Source of the DNA: Podarcis melisellensis
Lineage: Eukaryota
DNA length: 64,000 nucleotides
Assembly: GCA_964234715.1 (NCBI GenBank)
Contig: OZ174284.1
Direction: 5' to 3' (one strand)
The translations under genes and the position numbers were made by a program. The notes below the pieces were generated by a model, which saw only the letters and a list, made by a program, of their open reading frames with translations, was not told where the DNA came from and made no database searches. Below, one piece after another: positions 41,507 through 53,918 of this stretch; within the stretch, counting starts at the first letter, position 1, and each line of letters begins with the position of its first letter.

Positions 41507-42166
41507 GTAGGTTTTCTTCCATCCTAGCCAGTATAACCTAGGTGCCCATTCTCTGAACATATTGTAAATTGAAGTGCATAATCCGTAGTGTAGATTGGTT
41601 TTAATCTCCCAGAGATGAAGGGAGTAAAGTGTACCAACAATGGTGAAGAATGAAAACAAAAGCCTAGACTTTGTCCTTATCCTTCACTTTTTTGCAACAG
41701 AATTAGCTCAGGATGAAAAGTAGGCATTTGATGTTACTTAGTAATAGGAACCCATTTTCAGGGCAACATTACCCTGGTGGAAAGTTGTTGGGGGCTGCAT
41801 TCGACTGGCAGGTGCAACCAGAAGCATACACATACACACTCGTTTTTTCTCTTTTTAGTTTATTTAATACTTAATTCATAGTAAGGCTCAAGGCTCACCG
41901 GAAGGTGATTTTCTTCATAGACTTTTGAAACAAAGTTTGCTAAAGGGTGTTACTGTCTTCTGAACAGTAAGATTTTTTTAAAAAAAGTTCTAAGATCTCT
42001 GCAGTTCCAGCTGAAGAAAACCAATAAGATCAAATCATGGCTGACCTGCAAGTTCTTAAAGCTATTCAAACGGCAGAATGTAGGTGCATACCAAAAATTA
42101 CACTCAACAAAAAGATTGCATTTGAACTGTGCTTTCTTTTTCCCCTACCACCTTTAACTGCTACAG

Positions 42167-42266
42167 GAAGTTTTTGAGACACCAGCTGCGAGGAAAGAAC
42201 TGTGAACTTCTTCTAGTGGTGCCTGAAGAGGTGGAAGCACATCAGAGTTGGAAAGCGGATGCATGA
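42167..42266 (+). CDS. JOSD1: JOSD1 coding exon 4 ([32 protein letters not shown])
   Basis: ctacag| acceptor, TGA stop. Confidence 0.96.
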
Positions 42267-44608
42267 CCTGCAACTACCCTGTCCTCGCACTACAGTACTG
42301 GTCCTTCTCCCTCCACCAATTTCTAATGTCCTGTGATGTGGATAATGAGCACTCTTCTCCTCTTCCCTGGAACTTTGGCATTTCCCCCCGCATTATGAGG
42401 CCATAAGGCAACCACAAGGTATTGTCGGAGCCAACATGAAGAACAGAAGCTGGACATGTAGTAGGGGAAGAGAAGGAGGTGGACGTAACAGAACCAGATC
42501 TGTGCTCTTTAATTATAATGCATACTTTCATTTAGAAATGGGTGTTGGAATTCTCCCCTTTAATTTCCTGCTCCCTCCCCCCGCCCCAGTCTTAGAAGGA
42601 CTTCATACTGGGTTACACACAACTGTCTCCAGGAGTTCCTATAGCTCCTGTTTGGCTAGTGTGTGTCTCCTTCAGGGTAGGGCTGGGGCCAGGCATATTC
42701 TTCCCCCCCAAAGCCATGCCTGCCTCCCTCCAACCAACCAACCCAACCCTCATTGTGGAACTCCCTACAGGGGTTTTGGGCTTTTCCTGCCTCAATACTC
42801 TTCATTATGTGTGTCCTTTGTCTCCAACACCAAACTTTATGTTGAAGAAATTTGCAAACCATTTGGGTCTCTCAGGAAACTCTAGATACTCTTAGCAAAG
42901 GTATGGTGCTTGTGGATTCCCCTTTTGTAATAGTAATTGTGCCAAGAGTTAGAGGAGATGCAGACAAAATGGGACCATAATAATGGAACTCCTTACAGGA
43001 GTTTTCCTGTCTCATGCTCTTTTTAAGTGTGGTCTGAAAATGAAAGACTGAATAGTTTGGAAAAGTGGTAGCTAAATTGATGCTTATTTAAAAGCCTCAA
43101 GTATTTTTGTTAGGTGGTCCACATGTAGCCTGTGTTTATTTTTCTTATCTGTCTGTCCTGTAATTCAGGGAAATATTCACTGAGCAGGGAATAAAACTAC
43201 AGGCTGTTTGAGGATGAAATCATGAAACAAAAGGGAAGAGTAGCCAAGTTTCAGCAAGGTAGGAAGCTGGAAATGGAGCAAATGTTGATTTCCAAGTGGA
43301 ATTATGGGAAACAAGATCAAAGGGCTAGATTTCTGTTGCTCCTGTATAGCAACGGTCAGTTGTTGGGGTTGAGAATGTTTAAGCAAGTTTGCTGGGGATG
43401 AGGGAAGACTGTTTACAACAGGTAGGCTGAGCCACATTCTTCCATTATGATTGGCAGGTGACCCTCCTGAATTTAACTCTTCTCTCCTCACCAACTAAGT
43501 GAACAAGCTAAAGACCCTGGCAGGAGACTGAATTAGTTTTCCTTCTGATCCGATTCAGGTGTTTCACATCACTTCTTTGTGCTACTTAGTAGGTGAAATG
43601 GAGAAGGTGGCCTTTCACTCGATTTGACTTCTCCTTGAACCCCGTTTATTCTATTGTTGCATTTTTCATTATTAATGCTTTTTGCCAGCTTCATTTTCAG
43701 TAGTACTGGAACAGTGGAAGTAGAACCCACTTTTTTAATTTCATTCTATAGGAAAATGTAATGGTTAAGGAGGGCTGAAACCGACCCCTTACATCCTTGG
43801 AATCTGACCTGTCCATTCTAAGCATGAGCAAGATACATGCTTTCTAAGCCAGCATTCCAAGCCCTTCACAGTTGAATGCAGTGTGAATGGTATCAACATC
43901 TTGTTTATTGACCTCTGGACACCTTGCAGGCAATATACTGGGAACTTGTGTTGGCTATTCTCTGCATGTATTACAGTCATAGCCTAATAACTTCTATTTT
44001 TACAAATGCCCTCCCCTTTCTTCTGGACTACACATTCCAATAACCAAAGCCAGCTAGCAGAATTTGTACACACATACACACACTTCACAAGCAGAACATC
44101 AGGCTTGCAGTTCTGCTTCTGACTTGAAGCCATTCCCCCCCCCCAAAAAAAAAATCTCAAAGACATTATTTTGTCTGCTGGCTAAATAATAGCACTTTGG
44201 AGAGACCCCGTTTGCATGGAAGCCAATGGACCAGTGCACAATATGCAAATATCTTTTAAAGCATACAGCTGTTTCTTTCCGTCTGTGTGTATTTATGTCA
44301 TTGTTCTGTCCTTAGGGAAAAAGTGGTGTGATTCAGCAGCTCAGGAAAAGGGAACATGTGATCACCCACCCCTCTGGACCAGAGTTATGGCAGCAGAGGA
44401 AAGGAATCAGCCCATTCCCATTGCTTGGGAATGAAGAAGCCCTTAATTGTTTTCCTGCTTGTTTGGTTTTGTTATAGCCTTGTCTTGGGTTTGTTTACAG
44501 AGATGTATTTTGTTTAACCAAATATTAAAAATGAAAAAGCCTTCCTGTGTCCTGTCACTTCTGTGTGTTGAACTGAATTGTATTGTAATAATGTACATAA
44601 AGGAAAAA

Positions 44609-44614
44609 AATAAA
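44609..44614 (+). terminator. Candidate JOSD1 polyadenylation signal (second AATAAA at 44781-44786)
   Basis: AATAAA after multiple TGTA elements. Confidence 0.6.
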
Positions 44615-44814
44615 CACATGTTGGTATGAAGCTGTAGCCTAAGAAGAACTTATTACCCAGCTACTCTCCATTGGAGTTGAGAGGGTCCCTCCCTGCCATT
44701 ACTACCGAACACAAACGTGTAAAGCTAAGGGTTGACACTCCATTGGTAAGTTTTAGCATAATGTATGTAAAGCCTGAGATAATAAAGAAAATACTTCCAT
44801 GTTTGCACTGAAAC

Positions 44815-44820
44815 TTTAAT
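44815..44820 (-). terminator. Candidate TOMM22 polyadenylation signal ATTAAA
   Basis: Minus strand reads ttttgtATTAAAgttt, about 550 nt after the TOMM22 stop. Confidence 0.5.
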
Positions 44821-45370
44821 ACAAAAGTGCTCTAGCAAACTTTGATACTAATAGATTCAGCACAGATAAGACTTGGCAAAAATGACTTTTCCTGCTTCCC
44901 TTATTTTTCAAATATGTAACATTGTAGGGCAAATATCTTTCTTCAAGTAAGAGCTCACTGCATAGAGTCAAGTGCATTCTAGGTTCTTCTATATGCTGCA
45001 CATTCTGGCATATTTACTCCATTTCTTGCTGTTACTGCTCTGAAATACAGTTGGAGAAGAACGCAGGGCTATTTACACTGACAATTACAGGTTAAAGTCG
45101 ACCAAATATGACATGTCCTGAGGTGGTTTCCTGGAGGTAAGGCTACCAAAACAGAAGCTTCCAAAGTCTCCATAGTTACCTATAATGTTGCTTGAATGGA
45201 TGGAAAAGTCATGACTGCCTATAGATTGCAGGAGATCCAGATAGGGGTTCTGCCTTCATTAAGAATAGTTAATATCCCAAGGTTATGAGAAAAAAACGCT
45301 GGCCTAATCAAACAGTTCAAACAAATGATTTCAATATTTCATTCCACGATATGGGTCCAGTGTAGCTTCA

Positions 45371-45445
45371 TTAAATCTTTCCAGGAAGAGACGGCAGAGC
45401 ACCTGGCATCCCTCCAGACAATCCTGTGTTTGGTCCTAATAAAAT
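45371..45445 (-). CDS. TOMM22: TOMM22 exon 4 (ILLGPNTGLSGGMPGALPSLPGKI*)
   Basis: taacag| acceptor, TAA stop. Confidence 0.96.
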   Translation of the reverse strand: MLLGPNTGLSGGMPGALPSLPGKI

Positions 45446-45564
45446 CTGTTAAGAAATGTGAAAAAGTTTACAAATGCTTCAAAAGCAAGAGCAGCATTTT
45501 AACTACTTAGCCTACTGAAGGAAGGATTTTCACCTTCCGGTGAATAACCCTCCAGATCTTTTGT

Positions 45565-45743
45565 AACCATGCACGCGCAGAAGCGTTCCGCGCACTATGT
45601 GCAAAAGCGATCATGCTTTGCACATGCGCAGAAGTGCTCGATCGCGCTGTGCACATGTGTGGAAGAGGCGCTCTAGTTGCGGACTTTTCGGGGTGCAAAC
45701 AGCACCCTGGAACAGATCGTGTCCGCAACCAGAGGTACCACTG
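45565..45743. mobile_element. Truncated Tc1/mariner MITE (one TIR)
   Basis: gaggtaccactg|TA end related to the TIR of 18434-18953; internal gcgcatgcgc-like repeats. Confidence 0.6.
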
Positions 45744-46689
45744 TAATAGATTTCTATTTTCATATAAGTGGAAAAGACTGCCCTGATAAAATTAAGTGAA
45801 TGAAGTGTAAAGTACTTGAAAACACAGTATTTGTTACATCTGTCATGGTACCATGGTGGTGGTCATTCAGGCAGTGTGAGAAGTGTCAGGTATTTTGTAA
45901 TTCTAATATTTCAATATTTCCCCCTCCCCCCCCCCCCCGGTCAGGTGACCAAAGATGTTCTCTTATATCAATGGTGACATTTCTGATATGCAGCTTTAAA
46001 AAGTCTAACTTTTGCAGCCATAGTAAAGGAAGAAAACTAACCAGTCATAAATTCATGCCAATAAGAAAAGTAGGGCATGTGTTATTTGTAAATAAAGGAA
46101 CACATTGTTACTAATAAGGCCAGTCAAATGTCATCACTCAGAAGTTTTGCTGTGAGTGGACACAACCATCAGCCGACGTGCTTCTGAAGTCACAAAATAG
46201 TCAATACTCCAGCCAAATCTGGGAATGTGGTGTTTTGTACTCTTTCAGCTGGTTCGGTGCAATTATGGGAAGTACAAAAGCTAGAATTAACATAGAAAGG
46301 AAGAGACTATGCAGAAATCTACCCCATCTTGGGGTGACTGGAAAGTGTTAGGATGATGGAATGCCTGTAAAAGACACTGCGGGAAGTGATTCATCAGGAG
46401 AAAAAAAGTGAAAGAGGTCATGCGGTAAATGAGGGGGGCTATTAATTCATCATATAGGAAAGGTATATGCTACATGAGCAAATGTGCACAAAAAGATATA
46501 GATGAAGAACAGAATCAAATACAGTGAAACTGATCCACTAGATGCTTTGAGACAGGTAATTCTGCAAAGATTCAGGAATTAAATGTACTGCGTGGTGGAG
46601 GAAGATTCACAGATAAAAGGAGGAACATTCTGAAAAGGATAAGAATCACAGACTTAATAGGCCAAAAAATGCGGTAATTCAGTTCTCAC

Positions 46690-46807
46690 CTGTCGCTGTT
46701 GCATCTGCTGTTGCTGCTCCATTTGCAGTTTCTCAGTTTCAAAAACAACAGGAAGAACTAGGATCATGAAGGAAGTGGTCCCAATCCACAAAGCTGCCCT
46801 GGAGAAT
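46690..46807 (-). CDS. TOMM22: TOMM22 exon 3 (FSRAALWIGTTSF...QQRQ)
   Basis: aaaaaag| atypical acceptor ... |gtgag. Confidence 0.94.
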
Positions 46808-48835
46808 CTTTTTTGGGGGGTAGGAGGAGGGGACAGAAGGTAATCAGTAAAGCTAATGTTTCCAACTTCACTACAATGGAAATGACTTATCCTAAAGATC
46901 TCACTGTTAGATTGCATTAGACTATTATTCCAGTTTCAGTACAATCCTATTCATATATACTCCAAGATAAGCTCCACTTATCTAAACTTATAGGACTTAC
47001 TCCCTAGTAAACGGTTATGGGATTGCAGCCTTAAATCCCCTTCCTATGGCAACATTAGTGTGTGTGAACCTTATAACATGTCTCATCACAATCATATTTT
47101 TGCTTCCAAATATAAATACACTCCCTATAAATATCCATCACAATCTGAAATACCTCCAAGTTTTCTCCCTTAAAACTACCAAGATTCCATTAAAAGACTA
47201 AATGCATAAATAGTGTATAAAGTTTTGTTTTATACCATAATGAAGTTTCCTTAAAGATCATAGGCAACCTGAGTGAAATCCAACATCACACAAACAGCCT
47301 TCTACTCATGTGATGCAGCTTTCTGTCATCCACAGCACACTTTAGATCCCAAATCTGTTCTGAAAAGCTCCCCAACCCTCCAGAGCAAACTTGAGCATGC
47401 AGAGACTACAACAGGAATGGGAAATCCTCTTCTGCTCACAGAAGTTTGTTCATGAGTGGACATAACTGGATATCGCTTCAAAAGAAAAACCTTTCCTCCT
47501 CAACTCACTAAGAATGTGTGTTTTTTTGGGGGGGGAGTTAAATACATGGATTGATCTTTGTGGGAACATTAGGATACTGTGTCATGCAAGCTTAGAAATT
47601 AAACAAAAGAAAGCTATGCTTTCCAATCCTCACAAAATTTGAAACACCTGGAAGAGCAACATTTTAATTTTAATCATTAGCAGCCAAAAGCGGTTAGTTA
47701 TATATACCTATCTCAGGATAATGCTTCATACATCTGACAAAATGAACTTTAGTCCCTGAAAGTTTTGGCTATAAAAAGCTTGTTATTTTTTAAAGCATCA
47801 TAGGATTCTTTGTTTTTGCTGCAAAGACTTACAAGGATATTCCTCTGGAAATTATTTTACTCGAGGTCTTAAAAGAATATAATTATATTTCAAGCAAATC
47901 ACTGATTCACAATCTTTTATTAGCAATAATTTTGGTTTCTTCTGAATGGAAACTTCTTAGTATGTATTCTATTTCAGAATGATTAAGAAAATATGATCAT
48001 GACTACATTAAAAAAGAGCAAAATGAGAATATAAATTCTATTTAACAGGGTTATTTTGTGTCCACAACCTGAGAAATTTATATTTATATTTGATGACAAA
48101 TTGTTTGGTGTAGTACAGCCTTGCATTTATTATTCATGTCTATATGGAGTATGTGTGTGTAATACGAGAGTTTAAAGAGCGAACAAAAGGGAAATTACCA
48201 TTTCATGGAATAAAGGGCCCAAGCCATTTGACTACAAGGTCTCTGTTTAGTTGAACTACTATAACTGAATTATGAGTGCTATATTTCTGAGCATACTCAA
48301 AACAGTTCTCTAGAACTTCATTCTCACAAGTAAATATAGAACCCCTTTTCTCTCCAACTACAGATATCACAATTATCTCAATTATTTATGATCAATTCCA
48401 TGTCAATGGCTCCTTGCAGGCAAAGGGTATTTTTTTATATTTAATTTACATTCATTTCTCAGCCTTTTCTTCATTAAAGCTTGAATATGCATGGTACATT
48501 CTCAACTGCTTGACCATCATTATCCAAACAGCGTACAACGGATCATTTCTATCCGCACACTAAAAACACACACATCTAGAGTTCTGAATTAAGAAGTCTA
48601 AGTATTCTCAATGGCTGTCTGCCCAACTTAAGAAACGCAAAACACCACCAACTCCCTAACAATTCTCCATCCCCTTGGTGGCTGAAGGAGCCAGCCACTT
48701 CACTGAGAAGGGCTACCTTAACCACCCACAAACCACAAGTCTTGTGAGGCATAGCTAAGTGGCCACCTGCCCATGGTATCTGAGGACCAGGGACCAAGGG
48801 GCTTGGGTCCTCACCTCCCATTTCCCCCTCCTCAC

Positions 48836-48954
48836 CTGTACATTTTCTGGGCTACAGAAAGAGACACGCCGAAGGTAGCTCCAGCCGCCGATCGGACGCT
48901 TTCCGGGAACATCTCTGTCAAGCCCCAGAGCCTCTCTGCTAGCGTCTCGTCCAG
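48836..48954 (-). CDS. TOMM22: TOMM22 exon 2 (LDETLAERLWGLTEMFPE...AQKMYR)
   Basis: ttgcag| ... |gtgag. Confidence 0.96.
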
Positions 48955-49045
48955 CTGCAAACATGGAAAGGAGAGATGAGGGCGGGAGCCCCACAAAACA
49001 AGACCTGCCCCCTAAACCCGGACCCCGTTAACACTGAAAGAGCCC

Positions 49046-49446
49046 TTAGAATGTTCAGTTCACACTGAGTTCAGGACAACATTGTCCTTTGACCTGTTCT
49101 TATATGCATAGTTGATCACATCTACGGAACATGCTTGTTATGCTCTTTTAAGTTTCCTATATCAAACATTAGTAATTGTTTTAAGTCTTACTATATTAAT
49201 CATTGGTTATAATTTAATTAGGAGGTTCTCATGCTTGTCTAGTTCTGTGCTCCCTTTCCCAGCCCTTGATCTGGGTGATTAATGCCTATACGCAACCCTT
49301 TGCTTTGTACTTGTGTTGACCAATCAGCAATAAGCACATATGTGGCAATGTTGTAATAATCAATAAAAGAGGCTCCTTGGGACTTGCTCGAGGAGATGCC
49401 TCCCAGATGACACCTACTACTCGTCTGTCGTTATTTCAACCCAACA
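49046..49446 (+). mobile_element. Candidate solo LTR in TOMM22 intron 1
   Basis: AT-rich ~400-bp insert flanked by direct repeat (A)GAGCCC(T) at 49039-49046 and 49446-49453; CCAAT at 49320, AATAAAA at 49362; ends ...CA. Confidence 0.6.
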
Positions 49447-49479
49447 GAGCCCTGCTGAATGGGAACAAAGGCCGATCTA

Positions 49480-50200
49480 GTCCGGAGCTTCGTTCTCAGC
49501 AGCGGCCAGCCAGATGCCTATTATTATTATTATTACCCGGGGAGCCCTCCTGCAAAGAGAAACCTCAGCAGGCACCAATCCACGCTCCCAGCAGCACCGC
49601 CCCTCCGTCGAGCCCCCTCCCCCTCCCGGCTCGCGCAAGGCCCCCTCCAGAAAACACACAGAGGAGACGCTTCCCGCGCTGCTCCTCCTCCTCCTCCTCC
49701 CGCGTCTCCTGGCCGGGCCTTCAGCTCACTCGAGCTCCCCGCCTGGGCCCAAGGCAGGGCCGACTCCAGAGAGGGGTCACCTCGCACATGGCCGCCCGGC
49801 CAAGCTCCGGCAGGGCCTGGCTTTACCTCGTCGTCGTCGTCCTCCACCTCCTCTTCCAGCTCTTCGGCCTTGCCCGCCGCGGACTTGGGCAGCAGCAGGT
49901 CCTCCGGGGAAAGGGGCATCGCAGCGGCCATGACTGCAACGAGGGGAGGGCAGGCAACGACGAGGCAGGCTGCCGGCAGCGGAGAGCGAACGTCGCCGGA
50001 AGCGGAAGGAGAGGGAGAGCGGAAGCGCGTGGGCTGTGCTCTGCCGCTGCGCAGCGACACCCAGCGGACGGGAGGAAGAGGTTGAAAAGGCAACGGGGGG
50101 CTCGCTCGTTGTCGCGCAAAGGCAGCTCCTTCTTCTCTGAGCTGAATTGTATTTATTTGTGGGATGTTGCAGTGTATCCTCGCCTTACGGCCAGAGTGGT
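49480..50200 (-). promoter_or_regulatory. TOMM22 CpG-island promoter with tandem ETS/GABP sites
   Basis: CCGGAAGCGGAAG at 49996-50008 and another CGGAAG at about 50020; GABP/NRF-2 sites are typical of nuclear-encoded mitochondrial genes. Confidence 0.75.
49827..49931 (-). CDS. TOMM22: TOMM22 exon 1 (MAAAMPLSPEDLLLPK...EDDDDE)
   Basis: gtcATGg start, |gtaaa donor. Confidence 0.92.
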
Positions 50201-50942
50201 TCTGCTTATGGTGCTGGTCAGCCAGCCCACGCCCCCTCGGCAGGAAATTTTAAGGCAGGGACATTGTCAGATGTGGTGGCCCCCTCCAGATGTTGATGCA
50301 CTACAAATCCCATCATCCCTGACTATGGGCCTGTGTTGGCTGGGGCTGAGTCCAGCAACATCTGGAGGCCACCTCAATGGCCGCCTCTGCAACAAGATGC
50401 GAAGAGATCTGGAAGGGGATTTCCCTCTTTCCGACAGTCCGACTCCATCTCTCTTTCATTTTTCCAATGACATTCAGGATCCCGTGCTCAGTCTTCTTGG
50501 GCAGATGTGTTTGTTTTTCTGACCTCTGAGGCTCTGGTGCTTTTTAAGTTGAAGAGCTCCCGTCCGCCCACCAGCAAAGCAGGCCCTTTTATTCAGGCAC
50601 AGAGAGAACACAAAATTCCAGAAGGCAAACGAAGATTTATTCTAAAGAGAGTAAATTCTGAAGAATGGGGCTTTGCATTTCCAAAGGGGTAAATAATATG
50701 GTAGGCAAACGTGTGTGTGTGCATGTAAATATATATAGCATCCATGTTTTCAGGGTGCTTTTTAAAAATTATTATTATTTATATAGGATTAATACTTTTC
50801 TGAGGAGTTAATCTTGAGGAGGGCCAGATTTCTCTTGAACTTGGACGATGTCCCTTAAAACGCCACCCAGAGTAGAGTAATGGGCTATGTAATAAAACAA
50901 ATACACAAGTCAACACTGCAGCAATAGAAACACTGTAATGAC

Positions 50943-50948
50943 TTTATT
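50943..50948 (-). terminator. Candidate CBY1 polyadenylation signal
   Basis: AATAAA on the - strand in AU-rich context, followed by a GU-rich tract. Confidence 0.55.
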
Positions 50949-52121
50949 TTTAAAGTATAAAAATAGATTTATACAACAATTCAACTCAACATTTAACTTA
51001 CAGTGGCCTGAATGGAACTGGTGGGTGTACAAAGAATTGCCTGAAGATTTGTTTTTTACCAAGACAAGGAAGAAGGTAGAATGCACGTGGAATTCATAGA
51101 GTGTTAAAGAACTCGGATACATCATGAAGGAGAGGGATAAAAATGGAAGAGAACCAGTTGTTCAATGTGGAGTTTTGCCATACTAATAAATCAATACAGC
51201 ACATCACTGGGCTGGCGTGGGAAAGGAAGAGATGAAAGAACATATGGGACAGAGGTCTCATACTTCCCGGGACACTACTGTACTGTGGCTGTGAACTCAA
51301 GCTACTCTGCAAAGGAAAAATAGGTCACCTCAAAACACGGTGACATCAGGTGATTGACATGTGGGTGAACTAAGGATCTGAACCACTATGCTGAAAAGGT
51401 CCCTCCCCCCGTGGTGTGTCAGTCAGCTTTAGAGTATAGGCCATTGCTATTCAGAATGACTGTGAGCCAACTAAAACATGTAACTTCCCACATTGTTCAA
51501 TGTCATCTCCAATTATCAAAGGTATTCCTCACTAACATATATTGCAGTTCTATAAGGGTAAGGGCCCTGAATGCTGCCTATCACCAGTGGTGTCTCTGTA
51601 TCAGCTCACTGGCTCAAGTTCAGGACCTTACTTTTCCAGAGAATTCTGAGTCCCAAAGATAAGAAACAGCCAATTGAAAAGCATTTCTGAAACATGTTAA
51701 GAGAGAGACAGCAAGAGTATGTAAGTATATGTTGCAAGCAGTTTCTCCCTTTTTCTTTTGCTCTCCCCACACCCCACGATCTTGATTGCCTTCTTGGGTG
51801 GGTGGGAAGAGACGCTTATTAACTACAAACCACTACCTGCTACTGATTAAATTAAATGTATATTGCGGAAATATGTTAAGAGCACTTGGATAGAAGCTCC
51901 ATTAGGGAAGAAGAAAAGTAGGACAGCTGCTTTCTGACAGCACTGTAGAACTTAATAGTATTTCACATTTGGAGTCCTGGCTAGATATCCAGCAACATAA
52001 GGTCACAACAACAAATGTCTTCCAAGGCAGGTGTGGCTTCCTAAGTTCCTTGCAGTGGATGGTTTTAACCATATCCTCTTGCTCTTCCCTCTTCCACCTT
52101 CTAGAGGCCTTCACATCCAGT

Positions 52122-52202
52122 TCACTTCCTCTTTCGGCTATAATTTTTCAGTTCCTCCATCTCTTTCTGCATGAGGTGAGACTCTGCAGTCGTCTCAGAG
52201 AG
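52122..52202 (-). CDS. CBY1: CBY1 coding exon 4
   Basis: ttgtag| acceptor, TGA stop. Confidence 0.95.
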   Translation of the reverse strand, partial: LSETTAESHLMQKEMEELKNYSRKRK

Positions 52203-52737
52203 CTACAAATAAAAGGAAGAAATGGCAAACAATGGCATTTGTTTTCCCATGTTGTTTTAGTGCTGGTAACCCTTAAAAACAAGTACATTTGTTTGTTTCT
52301 CTCTAAAGCAGTGGATTTCAAACTACAAATCCAGAGGGAATTCCTTCTACATCATATCATCTTCCATTAACTTCTGCCTATTGCAGATGATTCTGGGACT
52401 TGTTATGAGGCACATTCACGATGAATGGCAAGCACTAGTCCTCTGGAATGCATTTCATATTCCTTATGAACCTGGGCTTTGTGGGGGAAATCAATAGAAT
52501 AATATTGGAAAAGCTCTTTTCTGGGCAACCATGCTGCCACTGCCTATCTTCTCGTAAAAGGAACCCAGGATTCTCAATAAGATCATGAAGTGTTCTGGAG
52601 CCTGGTTTGAATCCCACGAGACATTGACCTACTGTGTCACCATTGTCATTCCCCTGGTTTTGTATCAAGTAGAAAAATTAATGCAGATATCAAAGACATA
52701 TTGATGCACAGAGGTGAGTGAATCACCTCATTCTCAC

Positions 52738-52853
52738 CATATCCAACAAAATGTCAATTTTCAGCTGTAGGAGATTGTTCTCTTCCTCCAGCTGCTGGAT
52801 CCGTTTCCGAAGGCGGTTTGTCTCCCTGCGGTCCCCGGTGTCCCCAAATGATT
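52738..52853 (-). CDS. CBY1: CBY1 coding exon 3 (coiled coil)
   Basis: tcctag| ... |gtgag. Confidence 0.95.
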
Positions 52854-52929
52854 CTAGGAGAGAGAAAGTGGTCAGTAATAGAATCACCTTGCACTCACAG
52901 AAAAGTGTCAAAACTTCACAACTATAGCC

Positions 52930-53469
52930 TGCTCCTTGGGAGAAAGGCGATGGCAAACCTAGACAGCATCTTAAAAAGCAGAGACATCACCTTGCCAACA
53001 AAGGTCCGTATAGTAAAAGCTATGGCTTTCCCAGTAGTGATGTATGGAAGTGAGAGCTGGACCATAAAGAAGGCTGATCGCCGAAGAATTGATGCTTTTT
53101 AATTATGGTGCTGGAGGAGACTCTTGAGAGTCCCATGGACTGCAAGAAGATCAAACGCATCCATTCTTAAGGAAATCAGCCCTGAGTGCTCACTGGAAGG
53201 ACAGATCGTGAAGCTGAGGCTCCAATACTTTGGCCACCTCATGAGAAGAGAAGAGAAGACTCCCTGGAAAAGACCCTGATGCTAGGAAAGACTGAGGGCA
53301 CAAGGAGAAGGGGACGACAGAGGACGAGATGGTTGGACAGTGTTCTCGAAGCTACCAACATGAGTTTGACCAAACTGCGGGAGGCAGTGGAAGACAGGAG
53401 TGCCCGGCGTGCTCTGGTCCATGGGGTCACAAAGAGTCGGACACGACTAAACGACTAAACAACAACAAC
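52930..53469 (+). mobile_element. Bov-B (RTE) LINE 3' fragment
   Basis: LLLGRKAMANLDSILKSRDITLPTKVRIVKAM.FPVVMYGSESWTIKKA and DSLEKTLMLGK.EG.RRRGRQR.RWLD; (caa)n tail; ATAGCC TSD at 52924-52929 and 53470-53475. Confidence 0.95.
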
Positions 53470-53918
53470 ATAGCCCTCTAGCAGCTCTGAGAAACAATTG
53501 CATTAGCTAAATGGAATCCAACACGGTCAATGTGTTGACATCTTGGTGTACCTTTAAGATGCCCTATTAAATGTCCTCCCCAAGAAGAGTGTCAGTAGCC
53601 TTGTGATATGAATGACCATTGGTGAACCATGCACACCTACCCACTGAAGCTGGCATCTTCACCTAGTCAGACCCAGACTACAGCACAAATACCACTCCTG
53701 ACACAAGGCCGGAAACCAGAACCAACATCAACACTACAGTACTAATATTTGCCAGAATAAATCAAATAAGGGGGTATGGAGGACAATGGGAGTACAGACT
53801 CAGTATGGCTGGGGATTATTGCAAGAGTTGTATCTTCTGAGGAACAGGATGAGGCCACTGAGAACCTGATAAGGATTGCTTTTGGATTATGGCCAATGGG
53901 ATTAGTGTTCTCTCTCAC

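Larger units (their letters stand above)
38742..42266 (+). other. JOSD1: JOSD1 gene (Josephin-domain deubiquitinase), complete CDS 609 nt = 202 aa
   Basis: join(38742..38926,41063..41191,41312..41506,42167..42266); catalytic triad intact: ELCALH (Cys), RQHW (His), NLDSK (Asp). Confidence 0.97.
45371..49931 (-). other. TOMM22: TOMM22 gene (mitochondrial import receptor TOM22), complete CDS 417 nt = 138 aa
   Basis: join(complement 49827..49931,48836..48954,46690..46807,45371..45445); acidic N-terminus, transmembrane segment ALWIGTTSFMILVLPVVFE, Q-rich tail. Confidence 0.97.

Noticed and set aside
49377-50522. 381-aa + strand ORF, the longest in the track
   Set aside because: TTG start, antisense to TOMM22 exon 1 across a GC-rich CpG island where stops are rare, low-complexity product, and it runs through a MITE. 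No recognisable domain.
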